DNA of 53,080 bases from Candidatus Aerophobota bacterium. GTDB taxonomy: Bacteria > Aerophobota > Aerophobia > Aerophobales > JAGGVN01. Below the pieces are notes generated by a model, which saw nothing but the letters and a program-made list of their open reading frames with translations, was not told the origin of the DNA and did not search any database. Below are positions 38,841-49,121 of this stretch, one piece after another. The stretch covers positions 1-53,080 of the forward strand of contig JAGGVN010000096.1 of assembly GCA_021158005.1 (NCBI GenBank), in the 5' to 3' direction. The first letter of the stretch is position 1, and each line of letters starts with the position of its first letter. Both the position numbers and the translations under genes were made by a program.

Positions 38841-40223
38841 TTGGGTAAAGAGAGAGTTATCATTATAGGAGCAGGTCCTGCGGGATATGTTGCGGCTATT
38901 CGAGCCTCTCAGTTAGGAGGAGAGGTTATTCTTGTAGAAAAAGAAGAAGTAGGAGGAACATGCCTTAATCGAGGATGTATTCCTACCAAATCACTTTTAA
39001 CTTCTGCCAGAATCCTTAATCTTGTAAAAAATGCTCAAAAGTTTGGAATAGAGGTAGAAAAGGCAAGTTTTAATTTCTCGCGGATAATGGAGCGAAAAAG
39101 TAAGATTGTAAATCAACTTCGAGGGGGAGTCCATTACCTTCTTAAAAATTATAAGGTAAAATTAATTAAAGGAAAAGCAAGTTTTTTAAACTCTCAGAAA
39201 ATCAGGATTGAAACGGACAAAGAAAAAGAAGAGATTGAAGGAAGGAAAATTATTATTGCTACCGGCTGTGAACCTTCTTTGCCCCCTGAGCTCGATACTT
39301 CTAACTCCTTAATCCTGACAAGCAGGGAAATTCTTAAGCTTAAAACTCTCCCTGAGTCTTTGCTTATTGTTGGAGGAGGAGTTATCGGTTGTGAATTTGC
39401 TTCTATTTTCAGTGAACTGGGAACAAAAATTACCCTCGTGGAAATGACAGAACGTCTTCTTCCCAATGAAGACAAAAGAATTTCTTTAATAATAGAAAAA
39501 ATTTTTAGAGAAAAAGGAATAAGAATTCTTACTAAAACCAGATTTAAAAAAATGAAAAGGAGTGGAGAAGAAGTTAAAGTCCAGTTTGATAATGGAGAAG
39601 AAGTTAGTATTAATAAAGTTCTCTTCTCTACAGGAAGAAAGCCTTTGACCTTTGACCTTCATCTTCAAAATGCAAATTTAAAGAGAAATCAAAAAGGATA
39701 TATTTCGGTGGATGAAAAGATGCAAACAAATATTTCGGGAGTATACGCTGCCGGAGATATTACGGGAGAGCCCCTCCTCGCCCATAAAGCTTTTGCTGAA
39801 GGAATTGTAGCCGCTGAAAATGCCTTAGGAGTGCCATCTAAAATGGACTCTAAGGCTATTCCCAATTGCATCTTCACTTCTCCTGAAATTGGCACAGTAG
39901 GATTAACCATAGAACAGGCGAAAGAGAGAGGAATAAACATAAAATTAGGCCGATTCTCTTTCTCCGGCAACGGAAAAGCACAAATTCAAAATGAAACAAC
40001 AGGTTTTGTTCAACTCATCTTCGAGAAAAAAAGTGGAAAAATTCTCGGAGGACAAATTATTGGACCAGAAGCTACGAATTTAATTCACGAAATAGTTCTC
40101 TCTATTAAATGGGGATTAACCATAGAAAATATGGCTAATACTTTTCACGCTCATCCTACTCTTTCCGAAACTATTATGGAAGCAGCTCGCTCTGCCTTAA
40201 AAAAACCAATTCATTCTATATGA
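38841..40223 (+). CDS. lpdA: dihydrolipoyl dehydrogenase
   Basis: GAGPAGY, GGTCLNRGCIPTK, GGGVIGCE, HAHPTLSE. Confidence 0.97.
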   Translation: MGKERVIIIGAGPAGYVAAIRASQLGGEVILVEKEEVGGTCLNRGCIPTKSLLTSARILNLVKNAQKFGIEVEKASFNFSRIMERKSKIVNQLRGGVHYLLKNYKVKLIKGKASFLNSQKIRIETDKEKEEIEGRKIIIATGCEPSLPPELDTSNSLILTSREILKLKTLPESLLIVGGGVIGCEFASIFSELGTKITLVEMTERLLPNEDKRISLIIEKIFREKGIRILTKTRFKKMKRSGEEVKVQFDNGEEVSINKVLFSTGRKPLTFDLHLQNANLKRNQKGYISVDEKMQTNISGVYAAGDITGEPLLAHKAFAEGIVAAENALGVPSKMDSKAIPNCIFTSPEIGTVGLTIEQAKERGINIKLGRFSFSGNGKAQIQNETTGFVQLIFEKKSGKILGGQIIGPEATNLIHEIVLSIKWGLTIENMANTFHAHPTLSETIMEAARSALKKPIHSI

Positions 40224-40232
40224 GGAAAATTT

Positions 40233-41237
40233 ATGCTTATTTTAGGAATAGAAACATCCTGTGATGAGACAGCATCAGCTATTATCAAAGATGGAAGAGA
40301 AATTCTCTCCAATGTAGTCTCCTCCCAGGTAAAATTTCATAAAAATTTCTGGGGAGTAGTTCCAGAAATAGCTTCAAGAAAACATATAGAGATGATTCTT
40401 CCTGTAATTCAGGAATCTCTAAATAAAGCAAAAGTCTCTTTAAAAGACATAGAGGGGGTTGCGGTAACTTTTGGACCCGGACTCTTAGGTTCACTACTAG
40501 TAGGATTAACCGTAGCTAAAGGAATAGCTTATGCTCGTAATTTACCCTTTATAGGTATTAATCATCTGGAAGCTCATCTTTACGCTTGCTTTTTTAAATA
40601 TCCCCATTTAACTCCTCCTCTTATAGGTCTGATTATCTCTGGGGGTCATACGGAACTAATTTATATCTCTAAGGATAAAGAATATGAATTGTTGGGAAGC
40701 ACCAGAGATGATGCTGTAGGAGAAGCTTTTGATAAAGTAGCCCGAATTTTAGGGCTTGAGTATCCGGGAGGACCGGTTATTGAAAAAATAGCTAAAAAAG
40801 GAGACCCCTCTTCTATCTCTCTTCCCTTAAGTCACTTTAAAGATAATGAGACTTTGGACTTCAGCTTCAGCGGAATAAAGACCGCGGTGCTTTATTATGT
40901 GGAAGATTTAAAGAGAAAGAATAAACCCATTCCCTTAGAGAATATAGCTGCTAGTTTCCAGCTAAAAGTTGCCGAAATGCTTTTAAAAAGGATAGTTCAG
41001 GCAATTAATTTACGAGGAGTAAATAAGGTAATTGTTGCCGGCGGCGTTTCCTCTAATCGTTTCCTTCGCTCTTTTTTTAAAGAGAAAATATCCCGGGGAG
41101 TAGATTTTTTCTTCCCTTCAATGGAACTTTGTACGGATAACGCGGCTATGGTAGGTATCTGCGGATATTATAAACTCAAAGAGGGAAAGACTTCCCCTCT
41201 TTCCTTGGATGCTAATCCTTCCCTGAGGATAATTTAA
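40233..41237 (+). CDS. tsaD: tRNA N6-adenosine threonylcarbamoyltransferase
   Basis: GIETSCDET, HLEAH, SGGHT, DDAVGEAFDK, FSFSG, TDNAAM. Confidence 0.98.
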   Translation: MLILGIETSCDETASAIIKDGREILSNVVSSQVKFHKNFWGVVPEIASRKHIEMILPVIQESLNKAKVSLKDIEGVAVTFGPGLLGSLLVGLTVAKGIAYARNLPFIGINHLEAHLYACFFKYPHLTPPLIGLIISGGHTELIYISKDKEYELLGSTRDDAVGEAFDKVARILGLEYPGGPVIEKIAKKGDPSSISLPLSHFKDNETLDFSFSGIKTAVLYYVEDLKRKNKPIPLENIAASFQLKVAEMLLKRIVQAINLRGVNKVIVAGGVSSNRFLRSFFKEKISRGVDFFFPSMELCTDNAAMVGICGYYKLKEGKTSPLSLDANPSLRII

Positions 41238-41260
41238 TTTATCTTACAGATAGAATATCC

Positions 41261-41929
41261 TCAGGAATTATCTTCTCTTTCTTCCCGATGATGTTTTATA
41301 ATCTCACCCTTCACAGTATAAACAACATCTTCAGCAATATTTGTAGCCAAATCGGCTACTCGTTCCAAATTTCTGGCTATAGAAATTAAGTGAATAGAAC
41401 GTTCTATTGTTGAAGGGTCACTAATCATATAAGTTATAAGTTCTCTAATAATCTGATCGCGAAGAGAATCAACTTCTTCATCTTCTTTGCAAACCAAAAT
41501 TGCCAGATTTATATCTTCTTTCACAAAAGAATCAAGGCTTTTCTTTACCATCTCCCGGGCACTTTTACTCATTCTTGGAAGGTCAATTAAAGGCTTAACG
41601 AAGGGTCTGGGTATTAAATAGAGTGCTCTTTCAGCAATATTAACCGCATGATCTCCTATTCTTTCCAAATCATTATTTATTTTAATTATGGCTATTATAA
41701 TCCGAAGAAAAGAAGCTTCTGGTTGATACAAAGCTATAAACTCTACTCCTTTTTCTTCTATTTCTATTTCCAGGTTATTTACTCTAAACTCATCTTTTTC
41801 AATAACCTCTTTTGCAAGATTCTCATCTTTATCTATAAGGGAATTTACGCTCTTTTCAAGCATTGATTCAACTAAAGAAGCCATAATAAAAAGTTTCTCC
41901 TTAATATCAGTAATTTTTTGTTCTAACAT
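41261..41929 (-). CDS. phoU: phosphate signalling protein PhoU
   Basis: DLERIGDHAVNIA and NLERVADLATNIAE repeats. Confidence 0.96.
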   Translation of the reverse strand: MLEQKITDIKEKLFIMASLVESMLEKSVNSLIDKDENLAKEVIEKDEFRVNNLEIEIEEKGVEFIALYQPEASFLRIIIAIIKINNDLERIGDHAVNIAERALYLIPRPFVKPLIDLPRMSKSAREMVKKSLDSFVKEDINLAILVCKEDEEVDSLRDQIIRELITYMISDPSTIERSIHLISIARNLERVADLATNIAEDVVYTVKGEIIKHHREEREDNS

Positions 41930-41941
41930 TTTTTCTCCTCC

Positions 41942-42694
41942 TTATCCGAATTTACCCGTTAGGTAGTTCTCTGTGCGTTTATCCCGGGGAGCAGTAAATA
42001 TTTTCTCTGTCTTATCAAATTCAACAATTTCTCCCAACATCAAAAATGCTGTCCAGTCAGATATTCTTGCAGCTTGCTGTAGATTATGGGTAACTATAAC
42101 AATAGTATAATTTTTCTTTAGTTTTTCTATCAATTCTTCAAGTTTTGCTGTAGAAATAGGGTCTAAAGCAGAAGCGGGCTCATCGAATAAGATAATCTCA
42201 GGTTCTACGGCTAAAGCTCTGGCTATACAGAGTCTCTGTTGTTGCCCTCCGGATAAATCAAATGCTGAGGAAGAAAGTCTATTCTTTACTTCCTCCCAGA
42301 GATTAGCATCCCGGAGAGCTTTTTCAACTTTTTCAGAGATTATTCTCCTATCCTTTACTCCATGAATTTTAAGTCCATAAGCTACATTTTCAAATATCGA
42401 TTTAGGAAAGGGGTTAGGCTTTTGAAATACCATTCCTACTCTCTTGCGGAGGTCAAAAACATCTATATTATTATAAATATCTCTTCCATCTATGAGGATA
42501 CTTCCTGAAATTTTAGTCCCTTCAATTAAATCATTCATGCGATTAAGACAACGAAGAAGGGTAGATTTTCCGCATCCAGAAGGTCCCATAATAGCTGTTA
42601 CTAATTTTTCCGGGATAGAAATATTTATATTCTTTAATACATAGTTCTCTTTAAACCAAAGATTTAACTTCTTTATGATCACTTTATTCACCAC
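41942..42694 (-). CDS. pstB: phosphate ABC transporter ATPase
   Basis: [30 protein letters not shown]. Confidence 0.97.
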   Translation of the reverse strand: MVNKVIIKKLNLWFKENYVLKNINISIPEKLVTAIMGPSGCGKSTLLRCLNRMNDLIEGTKISGSILIDGRDIYNNIDVFDLRKRVGMVFQKPNPFPKSIFENVAYGLKIHGVKDRRIISEKVEKALRDANLWEEVKNRLSSSAFDLSGGQQQRLCIARALAVEPEIILFDEPASALDPISTAKLEELIEKLKKNYTIVIVTHNLQQAARISDWTAFLMLGEIVEFDKTEKIFTAPRDKRTENYLTGKFG

Positions 42695-43560
42695 TTCTTT
42701 TTCCTCCTTATCTGAATCCTCATGAGTATAGCTACAAAGTTTATAGCGAAAACTAAAAGAAGAAGTACCAGGGCAGTTCCATAAGCAATAGGAACCTGGA
42801 GTTCCGGTTTTGTTCCCTCGCTCATCAAAGCATATATATGGTAAGGAAGAGCCATAACTTCATCAAAAATTGATCTGGGAAGATAACGGGTATAAAAGGT
42901 AACCGCTGTGAAGAGAATAGGAGCTGTTTCTCCGGCAGCCCGGCCTAAACTCAGGATAGCTCCGGTGAGAATACCTGGAAGAGCTACAGGTAAGATTATC
43001 TTCTTTACTGTCTGCCACTTGGTTGCTCCCAAAGCAAAAGATGCTTCTTTAAAAGAGAGAGGAACCGAGCTAATAGCCTCCTCAGATGCTCTTATTATTA
43101 CGGGTAGAATAAGTATACCTAAGGTAAGAGAACCTGAAAGTAAGGATATACCAAACCTAAAAAATTTGACAAATATAGCTAATCCAAAAAGGCCAAAGAC
43201 CACCGAAGGGACTCCAGAAAGATTGTTTATTCCAATTCTTATTATCCTTACCCATTTTTTTGCACCAGCATACTCCTTCAAATAAATTGCTGCTAAAACA
43301 CCCAGAGGCAGAGCGAATAGTATAGCTCCCACAGATAAGAGAAGGGTTCCTATAATAGCGGGAAATATCCCTCCCTCTGTCATTCCCCTTCGCGGAAATT
43401 CTAAAAGGAAGGATAAACTCAGCACTTTAAAACCTTTTAAAAAAATAAACGAAAGAAGAAAAAGAAGAAAAAGAAGAACGATAAAGAGAGAAATTTTTAA
43501 GAGAATAAACCCAAATGTTTGCTTTAATCTTCTCGTCATCTTCTTTTTAAAGATATCCAA
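42688..43560 (-). CDS. pstA: phosphate ABC transporter permease
   Basis: [29 protein letters not shown]. Confidence 0.96.
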   Translation of the reverse strand: MDIFKKKMTRRLKQTFGFILLKISLFIVLLFLLFLLSFIFLKGFKVLSLSFLLEFPRRGMTEGGIFPAIIGTLLLSVGAILFALPLGVLAAIYLKEYAGAKKWVRIIRIGINNLSGVPSVVFGLFGLAIFVKFFRFGISLLSGSLTLGILILPVIIRASEEAISSVPLSFKEASFALGATKWQTVKKIILPVALPGILTGAILSLGRAAGETAPILFTAVTFYTRYLPRSIFDEVMALPYHIYALMSEGTKPELQVPIAYGTALVLLLLVFAINFVAILMRIQIRRKKKW

Positions 43561-44390
43561 TCAACCAAAAGATTGAAGATCAATACCAATAAGAATAGAG
43601 CCAGCGCAATAGCAAAAAGAGCATGATAATGAGGACTACCCATTGGAGCTTCTCCCATTTCAGCAGCAATTGTCGCTGTCATTGGACGAACAGGCTGAAA
43701 AATAGACTTAGGTATCATAGTAGCTCCTCCAGCCACCATTAAAACAGTCATTGTCTCTCCCATCGCTCTCCCCATTCCCAAAAGAATCGCGGTAATAATA
43801 CCTGAAGAAGCTCCGGGAACAACTACTTGGGTAATCGTTTCCCATTTAGTTGCTCCTAAAGCAAATGAAGCCTCTTTTATCTCTCTCGGAACTGCCGAAA
43901 TAGCATCCTCAGTCAAACTGGCAATGGTAGGGACTATCATAATACCCAAAATTATAGAAGCTGTAAGAAAAGTTAAACCCGTAGGTAAATTAAACATCTT
44001 CTGAACCAGAGGGGCAAGGAAGACTATTCCGAAGAAACCATAAACCACAGAAGGTATTCCTGCTAAAAGTTCTATTATGGGTTTTAAAATTTCCTTTATC
44101 CGGGGTGAAATTACTTCGGAAATATAGATAGCTGAGCCAAGACTAAGAGGAATAGCAATGATTAAGGCAAAGAAAGTAACTCCTAAAGAACTCAGAATAA
44201 GCGGTAATATTCCAAATTCCGGAGGCTCATGCGTAGGATGCCAGGATTTACCAAAAATAAATTTCCAAAATCCTACAGCTTTAAAAGCTGGTAATCCCTC
44301 AATAAATAGAGTGAAAGTTATACCCAGAAGAAATAAACAAGATAAAAAAGCGAACAGAGGAAGCAATTTTTCTATAAAATTCTTCTTCAT
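43536..44390 (-). CDS. pstC: phosphate ABC transporter permease
   Basis: ELLAGIPSVVYG, GRAMGETMTV. Confidence 0.96.
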   Translation of the reverse strand: MKKNFIEKLLPLFAFLSCLFLLGITFTLFIEGLPAFKAVGFWKFIFGKSWHPTHEPPEFGILPLILSSLGVTFFALIIAIPLSLGSAIYISEVISPRIKEILKPIIELLAGIPSVVYGFFGIVFLAPLVQKMFNLPTGLTFLTASIILGIMIVPTIASLTEDAISAVPREIKEASFALGATKWETITQVVVPGASSGIITAILLGMGRAMGETMTVLMVAGGATMIPKSIFQPVRPMTATIAAEMGEAPMGSPHYHALFAIALALFLLVLIFNLLVDWISLKRR

Positions 44391-44397
44391 ATATTTA

Positions 44398-44451
44398 ATT
44401 ATAAAACCCCATTATTAAGAAAATATAAAGAGATTGTTAAGAATGTATTAA
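44398..44451 (-). promoter_or_regulatory. Pho-box array plus -10 upstream of pstC
   Basis: TTAATA-N5-TTAACA-N5-TTTATA-N5-TTAATA, 9 nt, TATAAT. Confidence 0.8.
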
Positions 44452-44584
44452 TTTACCAGGGACATAAAAGCAGCTCTTCTTTATGTAGTTAAGATGCTTT
44501 AAGAAGAATATCCTGAGGCTAAACTTAACCCGAATTTCTATTGAATCTCCAAAAATAAGAAACAAAATAAATTTATCAAGGACC

Positions 44585-44612
44585 GAGGCGAGAGCAAAAA
44601 AGCTCTCGCCTC
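44585..44612 (-). terminator. strong hairpin after pstS (terminator or mRNA stabiliser)
   Basis: Perfect 11-bp stem GAGGCGAGAGC/GCTCTCGCCTC, 6-nt loop; weak U-tract. Confidence 0.65.
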
Positions 44613-44649
44613 TCTTACTTAAATTTAACCAAAATTTTTTAAATTAGAT

Positions 44650-45513
44650 TTACCCTAAGGGTACAAATCCCAGGTCTTTAACGACTCTCTGCCCCGCAAG
44701 GGAAAGAACAAAATCTATAAACTTCTTCGTCATTCCCTTAGGTTCTCCATGGGTATACATAAAGAGAGGTCGAGAAAGTTTATAATCTCCATTAACGACT
44801 GTCCTCTGTGATGGTTCTACTTTGTCGATTTCTAATGCCTTTACTCTCTCCGATAGATAACCTAAACCCACATATCCTATTGCTCCGGGTGTCTTAGCTA
44901 CTGTAGTAGCCACCGCTTGATTAGAAGCAAGCATGAGAGCATCATTCCTAACCTTCTCTCCTTTAAGAACAAGTTTTTTGAAAGTCTCAAAAGTTCCCGA
45001 AGCTGTATCTCTGGAAATAACCACAATAGACTTATCCTGCCCACCTACTTTACTCCAGGTACTTATCTGACCGGTATAGATTGCCTTAAGCTGCTCTATA
45101 TTTAGCCCTTTTATTGAATTGGAAGGATGAACAATTACAGCAATTCCATCTTTAGCTATTATGGTAGGTACCGGATTAAATCCTTTTTTCCTGGCTCTCT
45201 CAATTTCTCCGGGCTTTATCGGCCTTGAAGCCATAGCGATATCTATAGTCCCATCAAGAAGAGCGGTAATACCAACTCCTGAGCCTCCGCCTCTAACCGT
45301 GATATCCATTTCTGGGAGAAGACCTCTATCCGCAAGGTCCATATATTCCTCGGCTATTGCTTGAGCTATAGGAAGAATAGTAGTCGAACCCTGGATAGAG
45401 AGCCGCTCTCTACTTTTTGTTCTCGCTCCGGATAATCCACAAAAATAAAATTGTGTAACTATCACCAACGCCGCTGCGAGGACTACAGGTCCCCACAATC
45501 CTCTTACCTTCAT
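44650..45513 (-). CDS. pstS: phosphate ABC transporter substrate-binding protein
   Basis: GSTT, GGGSGVG, DIAMASR, RDTASGT, signal-like N-terminus. Confidence 0.95.
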   Translation of the reverse strand: MKVRGLWGPVVLAAALVIVTQFYFCGLSGARTKSRERLSIQGSTTILPIAQAIAEEYMDLADRGLLPEMDITVRGGGSGVGITALLDGTIDIAMASRPIKPGEIERARKKGFNPVPTIIAKDGIAVIVHPSNSIKGLNIEQLKAIYTGQISTWSKVGGQDKSIVVISRDTASGTFETFKKLVLKGEKVRNDALMLASNQAVATTVAKTPGAIGYVGLGYLSERVKALEIDKVEPSQRTVVNGDYKLSRPLFMYTHGEPKGMTKKFIDFVLSLAGQRVVKDLGFVPLG

Positions 45514-45580
45514 TTCCTCCTCCTTTCTGCAGAGACAGAAAGAACCTTTTTGCTTCCCTCTGCCTCCTTATTTTTATAGT

Positions 45581-45634
45581 ATCTTATATTATCATTATTA
45601 ACTCTGTATAAGGAAAATATTAATTTTCTGTTAA
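45581..45634 (-). promoter_or_regulatory. Pho-box array plus -10 upstream of pstS
   Basis: TTAACA-N5-TTAATA-N5-CTTATA-N5-TTAATA, 9 nt, TAAGAT. Confidence 0.8.
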
Positions 45635-45659
45635 GTGTGTAATTCTTTGATAAATATCT

Positions 45660-46385
45660 CTAAATTACCCCATTGTAAATTAATTCTTTCTTAAAAGTTC
45701 GGGAAGAGAGTCGTTCGACAAAGATATTTCTTTCCTCCTCAATTTTTATTACATTAAACGATGCTTCTACTCTCGCTTTAGTCCTCCTTGTAGTTGCTGT
45801 TCCTGCATTTATCATCAAGATTCCATTTAGCTTCCAGAACCAGGGGACATGTTTATGACCACAGAGAACAAGATTAACCTTTAACTGGCTAATAAGTTTT
45901 AAAAAATCTCCCGCATCCATGGGGATATTTCTCTCTCTTCCTGTTTCAGGAACGGGAATTAAATGATGGTGAAGAACTACTATTTTTACAGGAAATCCTT
46001 CCAATTCTTTTCTTACAAAATCATAAATTGACCTTCCTATATGCCCATCATCTAAATCTGGCTGACTGGAATCTACTCCCACTATTTTAAGATTCCCTAT
46101 TTTCATAACCGGGTATCTTGTCTTGAAAAATTCTTCAAATAATAGATATCCTGCGTTCCTGGCATCATGATTACCCGGAACAATGAGTTTCCTTTTACTC
46201 TCTAAAGAATCTATAAACTCCTTTGCCTCCTCATAATCCTCAAGATAGCCAGAATTAGTTATATCTCCAGTGATTATAATAATATCAGGTTTTATCTCCT
46301 TCATCTTCCTTAAGACATTAGTCCCTAATTCTTTAACATATTCTGGCATTCCAAAATGAAGATCTGATAAATGGATAATTGTCAT
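45660..46385 (-). CDS. calcineurin-like metallophosphoesterase
   Basis: SDLH, TGD, PGNHD, HHH, GHKH. Confidence 0.93.
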   Translation of the reverse strand: MTIIHLSDLHFGMPEYVKELGTNVLRKMKEIKPDIIIITGDITNSGYLEDYEEAKEFIDSLESKRKLIVPGNHDARNAGYLLFEEFFKTRYPVMKIGNLKIVGVDSSQPDLDDGHIGRSIYDFVRKELEGFPVKIVVLHHHLIPVPETGRERNIPMDAGDFLKLISQLKVNLVLCGHKHVPWFWKLNGILMINAGTATTRRTKARVEASFNVIKIEEERNIFVERLSSRTFKKELIYNGVI

Positions 46386-46416
46386 AAAACCTCCTTTAAA
46401 GTTTTTATTGTTAGCT

Positions 46417-46470
46417 ATTATAAACTCTAATTGTTAACTTTGTATAAGAAAAAGGTTAATTTTCTATTAA
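46417..46470 (-). promoter_or_regulatory. Pho-box array plus -10 upstream of the metallophosphoesterase
   Basis: TTAATA-N5-TTAACC-N5-CTTATA-N5-TTAACA, 9 nt, TATAAT. Confidence 0.8.
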
Positions 46471-46662
46471 CCATTTGTTTTTTCTCTCATCCTGGTGAAC
46501 TTTCCTAAAATTTTTTTCTTTTTATCATCAGGCTGGGAAGTCCGTGTTAAGCCTGTCTCATTATTACTCAACGATGAATTAACTGAGGAGAGTTACCCTC
46601 ATTAATATAAAAAGATGTTCAGGAAAAGAGTGAATTAATTTATGATTAAAAAGGAAAGTAAA

Positions 46663-48405
46663 TTATACAGGAAGGAGGACGATAAAAGTAGTTCCTTTAC
46701 CTAATTTACTCTCAACAGAAATTTCCCCATTATGGAGAAGAACAATATGCTTTACTATGGAAAGTCCCAATCCTGTGCCTCCGAGCTGTCTTGAGCGAGC
46801 TTTATCCACTACATAGAATCGCTCAAATATCCTGTTAATATGCTCTTCGGGGATTCCTATCCCTGTGTCAGAGACTTTAATTTTCACTTTTTGATTTTGA
46901 GAGATAATTTCTACCCTTATTTCTCCCTCTCGGGTATACTTTATAGCGTTATCTATAAGATTTATAAATAACTGCTCTATAAGAAAGGAGTCTGCTTTTA
47001 CTAAAAGAGGACGTTGAGAGATAATAAGTTTTAATTTCAAATTTTTTTTCTTCAGTTTACTCCTAAAAATTTTTAAAATATCTTCAAGGATTCCTTGCAA
47101 ATCAACATTCTCTACTTCTAACTTCTTTCCTCTCTCTTCTATTTTTGAAAGTAAGAGTAAATCAGAGACAAGGTTTATCAAACGGTCTGTATGTTTTTTG
47201 ATGATTTCCAAAAAGTGCTTTTGCTCTTTATTTGCATCTTCTTCCAGAGTTTCTACAAAACCTTTAATAGCGGTAAGGGGAGTTCGTAGTTCATGGGAGA
47301 CATTGGCGACGAAATCCGCTTTTACCTTCCCTAATTGTTTTATTTCTGTAATATTATGGAAAACAATGAGAAGCTCCTTTTCCTTTATTTTCGATAATAA
47401 GGTAGCATTTACCAAAAAAATTTTATCCTGATGGTGAATTTCAGAAGTTTTGCTGTCTTCTCCTTTAAAAGCTCTCTCTATCAACTCCTCAACATCAACA
47501 TTTCTCAATACTTCCCAATAGGGTTTTCCTATAATAGAAGAAGAAAAACCACATATTTTCTTAAAGCTCCTATTGCTAATAATAATTCTCTTCTGAGAAT
47601 CCAATACTACTACTCCTTCTACCATTGTTTGAAGAATTTTTTGAAGTTTTCCTCTCTCTACACTAAGAGCAGTAAATAATCTTTGAAGCTCGGAGGCCAT
47701 TTGATTAAGAGCAAAAGAGAGTTCTCCTATTTCATCTTTACTCTCCACTGAGATCCGACTCTTAAAATTTCCCTTAGCTATTTTTTTAGTAGTAAAAACT
47801 ATTTCTTTAATGGGTTTTGTGATTCTCTTTGCTGAGAAAAAGGACAGCAGGAGAACAAAAGCTGTTAAAATAAGAGCAAGATAAATAATTTTACTATTTA
47901 CATTCCCTATAAATGCCTTTATTTGACTAAGAGAAAGACTTACTCTTACAATCCCGATCCCGGAAGATTTACCCTCTTCCTTTACAAGAAAAGCAAAATA
48001 AAACATTTCTTCTTTTAGAGTAGTGCTATAACGAATACTCTTTCCTCTCCCTTCTTCTAACGCTTGTTCAACTTCCGGTCTACTCAGGTGATTTTCCATC
48101 TTTCGGGGGTCCTTCTCAGAGTCTCCTAAAACTTGTCCATCCATTGCAATGATTGTAATTCGGGTATCTATTGTTTTTCCTATTCGTTTGGCAAGCGCAT
48201 CAATCTTCTCTATTTTTTCAGAAGGCAAGACTTTTTTAAAGATTTCGCTGAGCAATTCGGTTTGATGCTGGAGATTATCCTCTATTGTTTTAAAAAAATA
48301 GTTTTCTATTTCTCTTGAGGTAAAAAAGAGGAGAGAAGGAACTATTAAAAGAATGATTAAAAGATAGTAAAAAAAGTGTTTCCACATTATTCCCCATCGG
48401 GGCAT
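46663..48405 (-). CDS. phoR: phosphate regulon sensor histidine kinase
   Basis: Two TMs, HAMP, PAS, DFVANVSHELRTPL, NAIKY, DTGIG, FERFY, GTGLGL; in the pst locus. Confidence 0.92.
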   Translation of the reverse strand: MPRWGIMWKHFFYYLLIILLIVPSLLFFTSREIENYFFKTIEDNLQHQTELLSEIFKKVLPSEKIEKIDALAKRIGKTIDTRITIIAMDGQVLGDSEKDPRKMENHLSRPEVEQALEEGRGKSIRYSTTLKEEMFYFAFLVKEEGKSSGIGIVRVSLSLSQIKAFIGNVNSKIIYLALILTAFVLLLSFFSAKRITKPIKEIVFTTKKIAKGNFKSRISVESKDEIGELSFALNQMASELQRLFTALSVERGKLQKILQTMVEGVVVLDSQKRIIISNRSFKKICGFSSSIIGKPYWEVLRNVDVEELIERAFKGEDSKTSEIHHQDKIFLVNATLLSKIKEKELLIVFHNITEIKQLGKVKADFVANVSHELRTPLTAIKGFVETLEEDANKEQKHFLEIIKKHTDRLINLVSDLLLLSKIEERGKKLEVENVDLQGILEDILKIFRSKLKKKNLKLKLIISQRPLLVKADSFLIEQLFINLIDNAIKYTREGEIRVEIISQNQKVKIKVSDTGIGIPEEHINRIFERFYVVDKARSRQLGGTGLGLSIVKHIVLLHNGEISVESKLGKGTTFIVLLPV

Positions 48406-48410
48406 TTACT

Positions 48411-49085
48411 TTACTCCTCTATCTTATAACCGATTCCCCGGATAGTTCTAATTAATTCTCCGGCTTCTCCTAATTTTTCTCTTAAGTTTTTAATATGCAC
48501 ATCGATAGTTCTATCGAGAACAATCTTTTCATCTTCCCATAAACTCTTAAGGAGTTGATTTCTGGTAAGAACCCATCCGGGTCTTTCGGCAAGGATAGCC
48601 AAAATTTTAAATTCTGTGGCCGTAAGATTAACTTTCTTATTATTAACCTTTGCCTCATATTTTGTTAGATCTACTACTAAATTGCCTACTTTGAAAATCC
48701 TGGTCTTTTCTCGGGATTGCGTCCTTCTTAAAACAGCCTTTATCCGGGCTATAAGCTCTCTTGGACTAAAAGGTTTTACTACATAATCGTCCGCTCCCAA
48801 CTCCAGACCCACTACTATATCCGTTTCTGTACCTTTAGCAGTAAGCATTATAATAGGAATAGAGGACATCTTTTCATTACTCTTAAGTACTCGACAAACT
48901 TCCAATCCATCTATTCCTGGCAACATCAAATCCAGAATTACCAGATCGGGAAGAGTAATTTTTACAAAAGTAAGAAAACTCTCACCATCATAGAATCCTT
49001 TTGTTTTAAATCCTTCTCTTTTGAGATGATAACTTATAAGTTCTACAATATCGGATTCATCATCAACAATAAATATCATCTTCAT
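48411..49085 (-). CDS. phoB: phosphate regulon response regulator (OmpR/PhoB family)
   Basis: VDDE, LDLMLP, GADDYVVKPF, RTIDVHI, TIRGIGY. Confidence 0.9.
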   Translation of the reverse strand: MKMIFIVDDESDIVELISYHLKREGFKTKGFYDGESFLTFVKITLPDLVILDLMLPGIDGLEVCRVLKSNEKMSSIPIIMLTAKGTETDIVVGLELGADDYVVKPFSPRELIARIKAVLRRTQSREKTRIFKVGNLVVDLTKYEAKVNNKKVNLTATEFKILAILAERPGWVLTRNQLLKSLWEDEKIVLDRTIDVHIKNLREKLGEAGELIRTIRGIGYKIEE

Positions 49086-49121
49086 AGAGATTTCCTGGCC
49101 TCTCCATATTTTCCAAAAGCA

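Noticed and set aside
46495-46545. Hammerhead-like CTGATGA...GAAA on the minus strand
   Set aside because: Stem I cannot form in any permutation and stem II is only A/T runs
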